Positions 1-10,636 of a stretch of 64,000 nucleotides of DNA are shown one piece after another (the first letter of the stretch is position 1; each line of letters starts with the position of its first letter). The notes under the pieces are model-generated. The model was not told the DNA's origin. It saw only the letters and a program-made list of their open reading frames with translations, and ran no database searches. The DNA lies in the NCBI GenBank assembly GCA_038321315.1, contig JBBQEX010000005.1:100097-164096 (forward strand), read 5' to 3'. The position numbers and the translations under genes were made by a program. Origin of the DNA: Haliangiales bacterium. GTDB lineage: Bacteria > Myxococcota_A > Polyangia > Haliangiales > Haliangiaceae.

Positions 1-1304
1 GCCGCGACGTCCATCTTCCCGAGGTCGCCGACGAAGCTCTGGACGCCGAGCTCGTTGACCAGGTCGATGAACGGCAGGTTGAGCGAGTGCGACAGCGAGT
101 CCTCGAGCGTGACGAGGCCACGCCAGTCGCCGTCGAAGTTCTTCGGCCGGTACGTGCCGTACTGGGTCGGCACGTCGGGCACGAGGTACTCGGGCAGGGC
201 GACGCCGCGATCGATCGCGACCGCGTAGAGGAACGGCTTGAGCGTCGAGCCCGGCGAGCGCGGCTTGTCGAACATCGCGATCTGTCCGCCGTGCGGCCGG
301 TCGGTGAAGTCGAGGTTGCCGATCAGCGCGACGACATCGCGCGTGCGGTGATCGACGACGACGATCGCGGCGTTGTAGATGCCCTTTTGGTGTAGCTCGG
401 TCGCGTGCAGCGCGACCTGTTGCTCGACGAGCTGCTGGATCCCCTGATCGAGCGTCGAGTGGATCACGCGCTCCTTGGGATAGCGCTGGCGCAGCTGGTA
501 GGCCGCGTGCATCGCGTCGCGCGGCATCGGTCGCAGGTGATCGGGCGGCGCGGTGTGCGCGGCGTCGGCGAGCGCGCTCGTCGCGTCGACGCCGGTGAAT
601 ACCTGGGCCTCGATCAGCTTGCCGAGGATCGCGTCGCGCCGGGCCCGCAGCCGCGGCAGGTTCGCGGCGCTCGGTGCGTAGCGCGCCGGGCCCTGCGGCA
701 CCGCGAGCAGCGTCGCGATCTCGAGCGGCGTCAGGTGCGCCGCGGCGTGCCCGAAGTACGCCCACGACGCCGACTCGACGCCCTCGACGTTCCGGCCGTA
801 CGGCGTGCGCGCCAGGTAGTCGGCGAGGATCTCGCGCTTGGACATCCGCAGATCGAGCTGCACCGCGCGGAACATGTCGATCAGCTTGCTCGGCACCGTG
901 CGCGCGCGCGGCTCGAGCAGGCGCGCGAGCTGCATCGACAGCGTCGAGCCGCCCGACACGACGTGCGCGTGGGTCACGTCGGTCCAGGCCGCGCGCACGA
1001 TCGCGATCGAGTCGACACCGTCGTGATCCCAGAACCGCTTGTCCTCGAGCGCGACCAGGCCGTCGACCAGCTTGGGATCGAGCCGATCGAGGTCGACCTG
1101 GAGCCGCCACTTGTCGTCGGGTGACAGGAACACGTGGGCGAGCCGGCCATCGCGGTACTCCACCGTCGAGGACCAGCCGTGGTCGCGGTCCGGCAGCGGG
1201 ACCGCGATCACGAGCGCGAGCACGACGAGCCACGCGATGTTGATCGCCGTGACCGCGACGAGCGCGCGCCGCGCCCACCGGATCAGAGCGTCTTGCCGGT
1301 CCAC
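1..1304 (-). CDS. pbpC: Penicillin-binding protein 1C (PBP1C, bifunctional glycosyltransferase/transpeptidase). Only the N-terminal ~434 codons are in the window; the gene runs off the left edge.
   Basis: Minus-strand translation from a GTG that overlaps the A2M stop gives MDRQDALIRWARRALVAVTAINIAWLV... It contains GT51 transglycosylase motifs (RFWDHDGVD, GGSTLSMQLARLL, RMSKREILADYL) and the transpeptidase SxxK motif SPGSTLKPF. The ORF track omits it because no stop lies inside the window. A2M/PBP1C co-occurrence is a well-known bacterial gene pair. Confidence 0.85.
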   Translation of the reverse strand, partial: MDRQDALIRWARRALVAVTAINIAWLVVLALVIAVPLPDRDHGWSSTVEYRDGRLAHVFLSPDDKWRLQVDLDRLDPKLVDGLVALEDKRFWDHDGVDSIAIVRAAWTDVTHAHVVSGGSTLSMQLARLLEPRARTVPSKLIDMFRAVQLDLRMSKREILADYLARTPYGRNVEGVESASWAYFGHAAAHLTPLEIATLLAVPQGPARYAPSAANLPRLRARRDAILGKLIEAQVFTGVDATSALADAAHTAPPDHLRPMPRDAMHAAYQLRQRYPKERVIHSTLDQGIQQLVEQQVALHATELHQKGIYNAAIVVVDHRTRDVVALIGNLDFTDRPHGGQIAMFDKPRSPGSTLKPFLYAVAIDRGVALPEYLVPDVPTQYGTYRPKNFDGDWRGLVTLEDSLSHSLNLPFIDLVNELGVQSFVGDLGKMDVA

Positions 1305-4300
1305 GGGCCGCTCACGACGAGCTGACCACCCTTCTCGCGACCCCACAGCGTCGGGTCGTACATCGCCTCGGCGTCGATCGGCGGCACGGTGAACTTGCCG
1401 GCCGTCACGACGCGCACGGTGTAGATGATCGTCTTCGCGGTGCTGCCGGGCAGCGAGCCGAACATCTCGAGGTGGTCATCGCGCAGGTTCATGAAGTCCG
1501 CCGACCACTGGTCCTCGTCCTTGATCCAGTCGGCCTTGATCGAGCGCCCGAGCCGCGGGTTCTCGATCTCGAACCCGGCGGGCAGCCGATCGACGAGCGC
1601 GATGTTCTGGATCGCGGCGCCGCTCGTGTTCGCCAGCGTGAGCTCGACGAACACCAGGTCGCCGAGCTTCAAGCTGCCGTCGGCGAGGTTGACCTCGGTG
1701 CCGTCGAGGTTGCGGTAGGTGCGGCCGACCTTCAGGCCCTCGGCGCCCTCCTTGTACACGCCGTTCGGGCGCGTGCCCTCACTCGCGATCACCAGCCACA
1801 GCCCGGCGGCCGAGGCCGGCACGTCGAGCGTGAGCTTGCCGTACTCGCTCGCGCGCGACAGCGACCACGTCTTGTCGTTCGTCTTCTTCTTCGTCTTGCG
1901 CGGCTGGATCGTCGCGCCGTCCGCGACCAGCGTGCCGTCGGCGACGCCCTTGACGTTCGAGCCCTCGACCCACTTGCCGAGGCCGGTGATGCCCCACACG
2001 AGCTCCTGGGTGTTGTAGTAGCCGCTGCGCTCGCTCGCGAGCCCCTCGGCGACGCGCGTCGCGAGCACGTCGCCCGCGGGATCGTTGCCGAACAGATCGT
2101 GGAACGTCGACAGCATGAAGCCGCGGCGACGGCGATCCGAGTAGAAGCTCCAGCTGTTGATCCGGTCCTTCACGATCGGCGAGCTGTCGACCGCCTTCAG
2201 ATCCTTCTCGAACCGGCGGTCGCCCGCGAGGTAGAGCGCCGCCATCAGCGTGTAGCGATCCTCGGCCTGCTCGCCCTTCGCGGTCGCCGGAATCTCGGTG
2301 ACCAGCTTGAGGATGCGCGCCTTCTTGCCCTTGCCGCCGAGCGCGAGCACGTAGTGGAGGTACGCCTCGGACTGTTCGTCGTAGTGGTTCCACGGCTGGC
2401 GCTGGATCTTCGCGCCGCGCTCGTACTGCGCCGCGCGGTTCTCGATCCACGCCATCACGCCAGCGAGCCGATCGTCGGAGACCACGTACCCCGCCTTCTT
2501 GGCGTCGAGCAGCATGTGCGTCGCGTACGCGGTCGCCCACTCGAGCGGTTCGGTCGCGCCGGGCCAGTAGCCGAAGCCGCCCGACGGCGTCTCCATCGAC
2601 CACACGCGGTTGATGCCCGACAGCACCATGTCCTCGAGCTTGACCTCGGCGAGCTTGGGATCGACCTGATCGACGATGTTCGCGACGTAGAGCAGCGGCC
2701 GGGTCGACGACACGGTCTGCTCGATGCAGCCGAACGGATAGTGGATCAGGTAGTTCAGGTGATCGAACGACTCGCCGAACGGGTTCGTCGTCAGCCAGAA
2801 CGAGGTCTGCTCGCTGGTCGCCGCCCAGTTCTTGAGCGCCGGCTGCGCCGCGAGGTCGAGCGTGCCCGCGGCGACGTGGATCTTCTGGATCACGCGCTCC
2901 TTGGGGCCGGCCGGCAGGAACGGCACGTCGAGCTCGTCCCGTTCTTCGAAGGTGCCGACCGACGGCCCCTTGGCCTTCGCGGTGACCACGAGGTGCGCGC
3001 CACCGACCGGCATCATCGCCTTGGCGGCGAACACCAGCGTGTCGGCGCGGCCGTTCTCGAGCTTCACCGTCGTCGTGTTCTTGCCGGAGAACGTGATCGG
3101 TGGGCCCTTCACCTTGGGCGGTGCGAGGCCGGGGATCGCGATCAGCGTGCTGTCCATCGCGATCGTGATCTCGAGCGGCCCGCCCGACAGGTTCTGCAGC
3201 ATCACCGGGATCTGGAGCTCGTCGTTCTGGGTCACGAAGCGCGGGAACGTCGTCTGGATCACGAGCGGATCCTTGACCGTGACCTTGGCCTCGGCGCGGC
3301 CGATCTTCGTCGGCCCCGACGTGATCGCCATGACGCGCACCTGACCGCGATAGCTCGGCAGCTGGAACGGCACGACGAGCTTGCCGTCGTCGGGCACCTT
3401 CAGGAGGCCCGAGAACAACGCGACCGGCTTGACCGGCTGTACGCGATCCTTGCCGAGCGCGCCGCCCTCTTCACTCATCTCGCCCATGTCGCCGCCGCCC
3501 GTCTTGCTCGACGCGCCGGCCGGCTGATGCAGCATCGTCCAGCCGATCGTCTCGTAGGTCTCGACGCCGAGCGCGCGGCGCGCGAACAGCTGGCCGAGCG
3601 GATCGGGCGTCGGGAAGCTCGTGAGCGACAGGATGCCCTCGTCGACGACCGCGACGACCGCGAACGTCGGGCCGCTCGGCTTGTCGAGCTGCAACGTGAC
3701 GTCGAGCGCGGCCGACGAGCGGACCTCCTTGGGGACGTCGAGCGTGACGTTCTGCGTGTACGCGGTCGGCTTGACGCGCGCCGAGCCGACGCCGAACGCG
3801 CGGTCCGGCATGAACGCGTCCTTGCTCTCGAGGTGCGGATCCTTGACGACGAACGCCGACACGTAGACGTTCGGCGCGTAGTCGGCGAGCGTGAAGCTCC
3901 AGGTCGCGTCGCCGGCGGTGACGTCCTTCCACTCCGCGGTCACGACGTGATCGGTCTCGACCGTCCACAGCACGCGGCCCTTGTACGGCGCGTGGATCTT
4001 CACCGGCACGGCCTTGCCGGCCTCGATCTCCTTGGGCACGGTGACCGAGACCTTGGTCGGCTTCGCCGGCCGCGGCGTCGCGTCGACCGAGCCGCCCTCG
4101 TAGTAGCCGTAGTACTCGTACGGATACTCGCCCTCGACGGAGAGCTCGGTCTTCGCCTTGCCGGCGAAGACGTCGATCACGTAGCCCGCGCCGGCGTCGC
4201 TCGGCGTCACGTCGAACTTGAACTTGCCATCGACGACCTTGGCGGTCAGCTTGCCCTCGGGCACGTGCCGCATGTTGCGGTCGTAGCGCGACTCGCCGCT

Positions 4301-6999
4301 GTACTCGTCGTAGCCGTAGCCGTAGTCGAACTCGAGGTGCGAGAGCTCGACCGCGACCTCCTTGACCGCCGACGGCGCGACGCGACCCTTCCAGTCGACG
4401 ACGGTGCCCTCGACGGTGAACGTCGAGCCCGCGGTCGCGCGCTGCTCCTTGGTGCGCACGCCGAGATAGAACTTCTCGGGGTGCATCGTGACCGACGTGG
4501 TCTTGACCGTCGCGCGGCCGCTGCCGGCCTCGAGCACCGACGCCGTCGCGGACACGGTCGCGGTCTGCGCGAACGACGCCGTGCCGTCCGGCTCGGCGCA
4601 CGCGATGTCGAGCTCGCCCTTGCCGTCGAGCTGGCCCTTGGTCATGCCGAGGTTGACCTCCTTGCCCCGTGGATCGACACCATATGTCAGGTCGCCGTTC
4701 TCCTCGGGCGCGAACCGGCTCGGGGCGACCGTGCAGGTCAGCTCGACGCCGCTGTCGATCGCGGTGCCGCCGAACAGGTAGTTCGCGGCGACCGCGACGG
4801 TGATCGGCTGGCCGCCGAGCACGTCCTCGGCCTTGGGCGTGGTCGTGACCTTCATGCGCTCGGGCACGAACTCCTCGACCTGGATGTCGTACGCGCCGAG
4901 CGTCTTGTCGGCGACCGACAGCTCGACGCGCCAGTGGCCGGTGTCGGCGAACGCCGGGAACGCCTGGTCGAGCCCGATCACGCCGCCGCCGTTGGTCGGC
5001 AGCGTCAACTTGCGGACGATCTTGGCCTTGGGGTCGTAGAGCTTGACGTCGATCGGCAGCGCGTCCGACGGCGCCTTGTCCTTGGCGTCGCGCACGATCG
5101 CGGTGACGTGCGCGGTGTCGCCGGGGCGATACACGCCGCGGTCCGAGAAGATCGACGCGCGGTACGGGCTCTGCGCGAGGATCGGCACGCCCGACGTGCT
5201 CGACTCGGCGACGTCGGCGCGCAGGTCCTGGTAGCGGATGTACGTCAGGTCGTCGCCCTTCTTCGCGACCAGCGCGAACGGCTCGGCCTCGTCGGGATCG
5301 CCGGCCGACAGGCTCGACAGCTTGCAACCGTCGCCGCCGTTCGTCGTGCAGTGCGCGACCGACTTGCCGCTCTTGCGCACGAGCGAGATATCGACGCCGT
5401 CGACCAGGTCGGCGGTCTCCATGTCGAGCGCCCAGACCTGGACCTGCTGCTCCCACGGCTTGCCCGGCGTCGTGGTCTTCTTGGCGACCAGCGACAGATC
5501 GGTGAGCAGGAGGCGCGACGTCGCGGTCGAGCCGACCCCGACCAGCTTGAGCTCGAGCACGCCGCGCGTGTTGCTCGGCAGCAGCGAGCCGAGATCGAGC
5601 CACGACATCGTCGACGCGTCGGGGTCACCGCGCAGCGGCATCGTCTTGCGCAGGATCACGTTCGACGTGCGGTCGTCGGCGGCGTCGGTGCCCTGGTTGC
5701 CGAGCCAGAACACCAGGTTCTCCGGCGGGACCTGGCGGACGACCAGGTTCACGCCGTCCATGTTGAGGTGCTTGATGCCGAGGTTGGTCCACGCCGAGCG
5801 CGGCAGGTAGCGGCCGGTCGACGCGAACGACAGCTGCGACTTGCGCGCCGAGACGGTGAACGTGCGCGCGTAGTTCGCGAGCACGACGCCGCCGTCGATC
5901 GACTTGGCGCCGGCGTCGATCTTGATCGAGTACGCGCCGCGCTTGAAGTCGCCGAAGATGCGGAAGCCCGCGCGGCCCGGCGTCAGGTACGGCTTCTTGG
6001 GCGCCGGCGAGATGTGGATCTTCGCCATCGCGTCATCGGTGAGCTGGCAGCGCCGCGACAGGCTGTAGTAGCTCTCGCTGTCGCCGTACCACGAGCGCTC
6101 GCCCGGATCGGACGCGCCGTCATCGCACACGACCTCGAGGTAGAACCCGTTGGCGCCCTCGACGACCGAGACCGTCTTCACCGCGATCGCCTTGTCGGCG
6201 GCGATCGTGTACGTCGACGACACCGGTGGCACCTTCACCGCGCCGGTGTACGACGGCAGATCATTCCCGATCGTGAGCGTCACCTTGCTGCCGATCGCGA
6301 TCCGCGGATCGGTGAACTTCACGGCGACCGTGTTGGCGACGTGGCTCGCCATCAGCGTCGGCGGGATCGCCGGCTTGCCGTCGACCGCGAACGTCATCGC
6401 CGCGAACGCCTTGTTCGGGAGCACGGCGCCGGAGAACACGATCTCCATGACGACCTCGTGCTTGACGAGGTTGATGGTGGCGGGTGCGAACGTCAGGAAC
6501 TTGAACGCCGGCGTCTTGAACTCGTAGGTCCACTTCTCGTTGGCGGCGGGCTCGATCGCGCCGTCGCGGGTCTCGAGCTTCTGGAGGTCGAGCTTGTAGG
6601 TCGTGTCGAACTCGAACGGCTTGGCGGGCGTGAACGTCAGCTCCGACGTACCGCTGTAGCTCAGCGAGCCGGCGGTCTCGGGCGTGATCTTCAGCACCGA
6701 CAGCGGGCTCGGGTTGCCGATCTGCTCGCGATCGACGATCGAGGTCGCCAGCGAGATCGCGACGCCGGTGGGCACCACGTTCTCGACCGCGAGCTCCTTG
6801 ATGATCGGCGCCAGTGAGGCGGAGGTCACGGTCGCGCGTGGCGGCGGCTGATCGGGATCCTTGGTCGCGGTCTTACCGCTGCCGGACCCGGTCCCGACCG
6901 TCGCGGGCGACGACCCGAGGTCGTCGAGGGGCGACTTGTTCTTGCAGGCCACACCGGCCACCACCAGGACACAGGCTGACAACGCGATCCGACGGATCA
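1283..6999 (-). CDS. Alpha-2-macroglobulin family lipoprotein (large periplasmic protease inhibitor).
   Basis: 1933-aa ORF (1283..7084). The likely start is the internal M at about 6999 (MIRRIALSACVLVVAGVAC), which gives a lipoprotein signal with a lipobox. The size and the A2M-like bait/thioester-region architecture fit, and its stop overlaps the pbpC start (GTG 21 nt upstream of the TGA). The 1781-aa antisense ORF on the plus strand is an artefact. Confidence 0.8.
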
Positions 7000-7104
7000 T
7001 GTGATTCCCTTCCAAACGTTCCACCGCACCCACCCATTCCGATGTACGGCGCGCGGCACGATACCCCATCCGAAACACGACCATGCGGGTGTAGACTCGC
7101 TCTC

Positions 7105-8442
7105 GTGCGAACGCTCAACCGAACCCTGTTTGTTGCGTCGGTGTTGTCGGCAGCAGCGCCGATCGCAGCGGCCGATCCGGTCGCCGTGCCATGGACGCGC
7201 GGCCCCAACAGTTGCGGCACGCCGCAGATCGCGCAGGACCGCGACATCCCGGTCTACGACGCGGCGCCCGCCGGTGGGCAGCGCGTGCTGTGGGTCAACA
7301 AGCAGGGCGGTCACTTCACGGTGTCGTCGACCGACTCGACGAAGAACACGGTCTCGAGCAACATCCTGCAGACCAGCGTCTCGCAGTTCACGATCCCGAA
7401 GATTCCGACCGGCTTCGACTGGCCGGTCGTGCGCGCGTGCATCGACGAGGAGTTCAGCAAGTTCAACATCCGCGTCGTCGAGACCCGGCCGTCGGCCGGC
7501 GACTTCGTGCAGGCCGTCGTCGGCGGCACCGGCGCCGAGATCGGCTTCAACGCGCAGAGCGGCATCCTCGGCATCACCTCGACGGACAACTTCTGCCACG
7601 TCGCCGAGCGCGGCATCACGCTCAACTTCGCGCCCAACCACCTCGGGATCCTCAAGCCGAACCAGGAGCTGTGCGCGACGATCACGCACGAGGCCGGCCA
7701 CGCATTCTCGCTCGAGCACGAGATCCTCGGCATCGACCTCATGTCGTACGTGCCGGTCTCGCAGGCGGCGTCGAAGGAATTCGTCGATCAGAACCAGAAC
7801 TGCGGGACCGACCCGCAGACCCAGAACCCGTGCTCGTGCACGAGCGGGCAGACCAACTCGGGGATGCGGCTGACCGCGAACGTCGGCGCGCGTCCGACCG
7901 ATGGCACCGCGCCGTCGTTGACCGTGCAGTCGCCGAGCGACGGCAAGCTGGCGCCGTCGTTCGCCGTGGTCGCCAAGGCGACCGACGCGTCGGGCATGGC
8001 CGACGTCGTGGTCTCGATCGACGGTGAAGAGGTCGGCAACGACGAGGCGGGCTCGGGCGGCACGTACACGATCCCGGGCACCGCGTCGCTCGGCATGCAC
8101 ATGCTGACGGTCACCGCGCGCGACCTCGCCGGCAACGTCACCAAGAAGGACATCCCGGTCACCGTCGCGAAGCTCGAGATCGGCGAGACCTGCACCGGCA
8201 ACGACGCGTGTACCGGCAACCTGTGCGCGACCGGTGGCGACGGCACGATGTTCTGCACGCAGTCCTGCGATCCGGCGGCGAGCACGTGCCCCGATGGGTT
8301 CTCCTGCGACGCGACCGCCAAGGTCTGCTCCCCGTCGGACACCGGCGGCTGCTGCTCGGCGAGCACGCCGCGCCAGGGCGTGACCGCGATGCTGTTCGGG
8401 CTCGGCGTCGGCGCCATCCTGATCCGCCGCAAGAGGCGGTAA
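7105..8442 (+). CDS. Secreted zinc metalloprotease (HExxH) with a C-terminal MYXO-CTERM-like sorting signal.
   Basis: GTG start gives the signal peptide VRTLNRTLFVASVLSAAAPIAAADP. The HEAGHAFSLEHE zinc-binding motif is present. The C-terminus is Cys-rich (CTGNDACTGNLC...) and ends GGCCSASTPRQGVTAMLFGLGVGAILIRRKRR: a Cys motif, then a TM helix, then a basic cluster, as in MYXO-CTERM (TIGR03901). Confidence 0.7.
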   Translation: MRTLNRTLFVASVLSAAAPIAAADPVAVPWTRGPNSCGTPQIAQDRDIPVYDAAPAGGQRVLWVNKQGGHFTVSSTDSTKNTVSSNILQTSVSQFTIPKIPTGFDWPVVRACIDEEFSKFNIRVVETRPSAGDFVQAVVGGTGAEIGFNAQSGILGITSTDNFCHVAERGITLNFAPNHLGILKPNQELCATITHEAGHAFSLEHEILGIDLMSYVPVSQAASKEFVDQNQNCGTDPQTQNPCSCTSGQTNSGMRLTANVGARPTDGTAPSLTVQSPSDGKLAPSFAVVAKATDASGMADVVVSIDGEEVGNDEAGSGGTYTIPGTASLGMHMLTVTARDLAGNVTKKDIPVTVAKLEIGETCTGNDACTGNLCATGGDGTMFCTQSCDPAASTCPDGFSCDATAKVCSPSDTGGCCSASTPRQGVTAMLFGLGVGAILIRRKRR

Positions 8443-8501
8443 CAGTTACGGTTACGTTGCGAGCACGCTCGGGTGTCAGAGTGATCGCCTAGCGTCGTCG
8501 A

Positions 8502-8918
8502 ATGGCAATCGAAGTCACCGGCAGGCTCCACGTAATCTTCGAGACCAAGCAGGTCTCGGAGCGGTTCACGAAGCGCGAGTTGGTCGTCGAGATCGCGGAC
8601 GGCAAGTACCCGCAGTTCGTCCAGTTCCAGCTGTCCGGCGACCGCTGCACGCTCGCCGACCAGTTCCAGGTCAACGACCAGGTCCGCATCGAGTTCAACC
8701 TCCGCGGCCGGGAGTGGCGCTCGCCGCAGGGCGAGACCAAGTACTTCAACAGCCTCGACATCTGGAAGCTCGAGCCGGCCCGCGCGAACATGGCGCAGGG
8801 CTCGTCGGGCAACCGGTCGCGGCCGGACAGCTTCGGCGGCAGCCCGCGCGTCGATCTCGACATGCCGGCTCACATGCGCGACGACGCGCCGCGCCCGGAC
8901 GACGACATCCCGTTCTGA
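8502..8918 (+). CDS. DUF3127-family small OB-fold-like protein.
   Basis: 138 aa: MAIEVTGRLHVIFETKQVSERFTKRELVVEIADGKYPQFVQFQLSGDRC...RIEFNLRGREW...KYFNSLDIWKLE, which matches the DUF3127 pattern (iTGkiievlpeq...YPq.v.F.lwgdk...v.f...sREy.gRwfT...aWk.e). Confidence 0.6.
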   Translation: MAIEVTGRLHVIFETKQVSERFTKRELVVEIADGKYPQFVQFQLSGDRCTLADQFQVNDQVRIEFNLRGREWRSPQGETKYFNSLDIWKLEPARANMAQGSSGNRSRPDSFGGSPRVDLDMPAHMRDDAPRPDDDIPF

Positions 8919-8944
8919 GCCCCGCGACGGTGTAGGGTGGCGGC

Positions 8945-10636
8945 GTGCAGAACCGGGTTGTCATCATCACCGGTTCTTCTCGGGGCATCGGCCTCGCGCT
9001 CGCCGAGGGTTGCGCCGCGCGCGGCGATCGCGTGGTCGTTCACGGTCGCGATGCGGCCCGCGTCGCCGAGGCGATCGCGCAGATCCGCGCCGCGGTCGGC
9101 GACAGCGGGGAGCTCGTCGGGATCACCGCCGATCTCGCGACCGTCGCCGGTGCCGAGCAGCTCGTGCGCGAGTCACTCGCGGCGTTCGGCCGGATCGACG
9201 TGCTGGTCAACAACGCCGCGACCACCGCGTCGCGTGCCCCGCTGTGGGAGATCGAGCCGCACGAGCTCGCCTCGGTGATCGCGACCAACGTGATCGCGCC
9301 GATGGCGTGCGCGCGCGCCGTGCTCGCGTGGGCGGTGCTGCGCGACGAGCCGGTCCGCATCGTCAACGTGTCGTCGGGGATCTCGACGCGGCCGCGCGCC
9401 GATGCCGCGGCCTACGCCGCCAGCAAGGCCGCGCTCGACGCGTTCACCCATGGCCTCGCGCGCGACCTCGCGACCTCGCGGGCCACGGTCACCGGGATCG
9501 CGCTCGCCGGTCATCGCACCGAGCTCGCGCGCCGCGCGTTGCCGGCCGACGAGTACGCCGCGCTGCCCGAGGCCTCGGCCGCGGTGCGTCGCTTGCTGAC
9601 CGTGATCGGCGCGCCCGCCGAGGACGTCCACGGCCGGATCATCGCGGGTGGCGACGGTCCGCCGATCGACATCGACGGTGCCGACCTGATCGAGCATCCC
9701 CTCGGCGCCTCACCGCGCGCCCGCGCCGCGCTTGCCGCGGTCGCGACCGAGGGCTCGCTCGAGCGCTATCCGGAGGCGTCGCCCCTCGCACTGCGCAAGG
9801 TGCTCGCGGCGCGGTTCGGCGCGGCGCTCGACGCGATCGTGCTCGGCGCCGGCGCGAGCGAGCTGCTCGATCGCGTCGTGCGCGTCGCGCTCCAGCCCGG
9901 CGAGACCATCGTCGCGAACTCGCCGAGCTGGCCGGGGCTCGCCCATGCGTGTCGCGCACACCGGCTGGCGTGGAAGCAGGTGCCGTACCGTCTCGTCGAC
10001 GGGCGCGCCGATCACGACCTCGACGCGGTGCTCGCGGCGGTCGATCGGTCGACGCGCCTGGTCTACCTGACGAGCCCGGCGAACCCCGGCGGTGCCGCGA
10101 TCGACCGCGCCGCGTTCCTCGCGTTCGTCGCGGCGCTGCCGCGCCACGTGACGATCGTCGTCGACGAGGCGTACGCCGAGTACGTCCAGCGCCCCGACGC
10201 GCTCGAGGCCGCGGCGCTCGTCCGCGCCTCGGATCGCCCGTTCGTCGTGCTGCGGACGTTCTCGAAGTTCTACGGGCTCGCCGGGCTGCGCATCGGGTTC
10301 GCGATCGCGACCGACCCGCTCGCGCGCCAGCTCGCCGCGGCGGCGCCGGCGTTCCCGCTCGCGCGCGGCGCGGCCGAGGCGGCGATCGCCGCGCTCGGCG
10401 ATCTCGAGCACGCCGCGAAGACCCGCGCCGCCATCGCGACCGGACGCGCGCGCCTGATCGCCGAGCTCGACGCCCGGGGCATCGCCCACCTGACGAGCGA
10501 CGCGCCATTCCTGCTCGCCGCGGTGCCCGAGTCCTTCGAGGTTCACGGGCCGCGCTACTTCGATCGCCGCTATGTGATGCTGTCCGTCGCGAAGGAGATC
10601 CCGTGGCCGAACGTGGACGCGAGCACGACCCGGTAG
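8945..10636 (+). CDS. Fusion protein: an N-terminal short-chain dehydrogenase/reductase (SDR) joined to a C-terminal class I/II aminotransferase of the HisC/CobD type.
   Basis: 563 aa. The N-terminus has the SDR Rossmann motif VVIITGSSRGIGLALA and the catalytic YxxxK (YAASKAAL). The C-terminal half has histidinol-phosphate/threonine-phosphate aminotransferase-family motifs (LTSPANPGG, VVDEAYAEY, and RTFSKFYGLAGLRIGFAI with the PLP lysine). Confidence 0.7.
   Translation: MQNRVVIITGSSRGIGLALAEGCAARGDRVVVHGRDAARVAEAIAQIRAAVGDSGELVGITADLATVAGAEQLVRESLAAFGRIDVLVNNAATTASRAPLWEIEPHELASVIATNVIAPMACARAVLAWAVLRDEPVRIVNVSSGISTRPRADAAAYAASKAALDAFTHGLARDLATSRATVTGIALAGHRTELARRALPADEYAALPEASAAVRRLLTVIGAPAEDVHGRIIAGGDGPPIDIDGADLIEHPLGASPRARAALAAVATEGSLERYPEASPLALRKVLAARFGAALDAIVLGAGASELLDRVVRVALQPGETIVANSPSWPGLAHACRAHRLAWKQVPYRLVDGRADHDLDAVLAAVDRSTRLVYLTSPANPGGAAIDRAAFLAFVAALPRHVTIVVDEAYAEYVQRPDALEAAALVRASDRPFVVLRTFSKFYGLAGLRIGFAIATDPLARQLAAAAPAFPLARGAAEAAIAALGDLEHAAKTRAAIATGRARLIAELDARGIAHLTSDAPFLLAAVPESFEVHGPRYFDRRYVMLSVAKEIPWPNVDASTTR

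Noticed and set aside
1472-6817. 1781-aa plus-strand ORF
   Set aside because: It is antisense to the A2M gene and is Arg/Asp/Leu/Gly-rich low-complexity sequence. Such long ORFs appear by chance in a 70% GC genome. There are no motifs.
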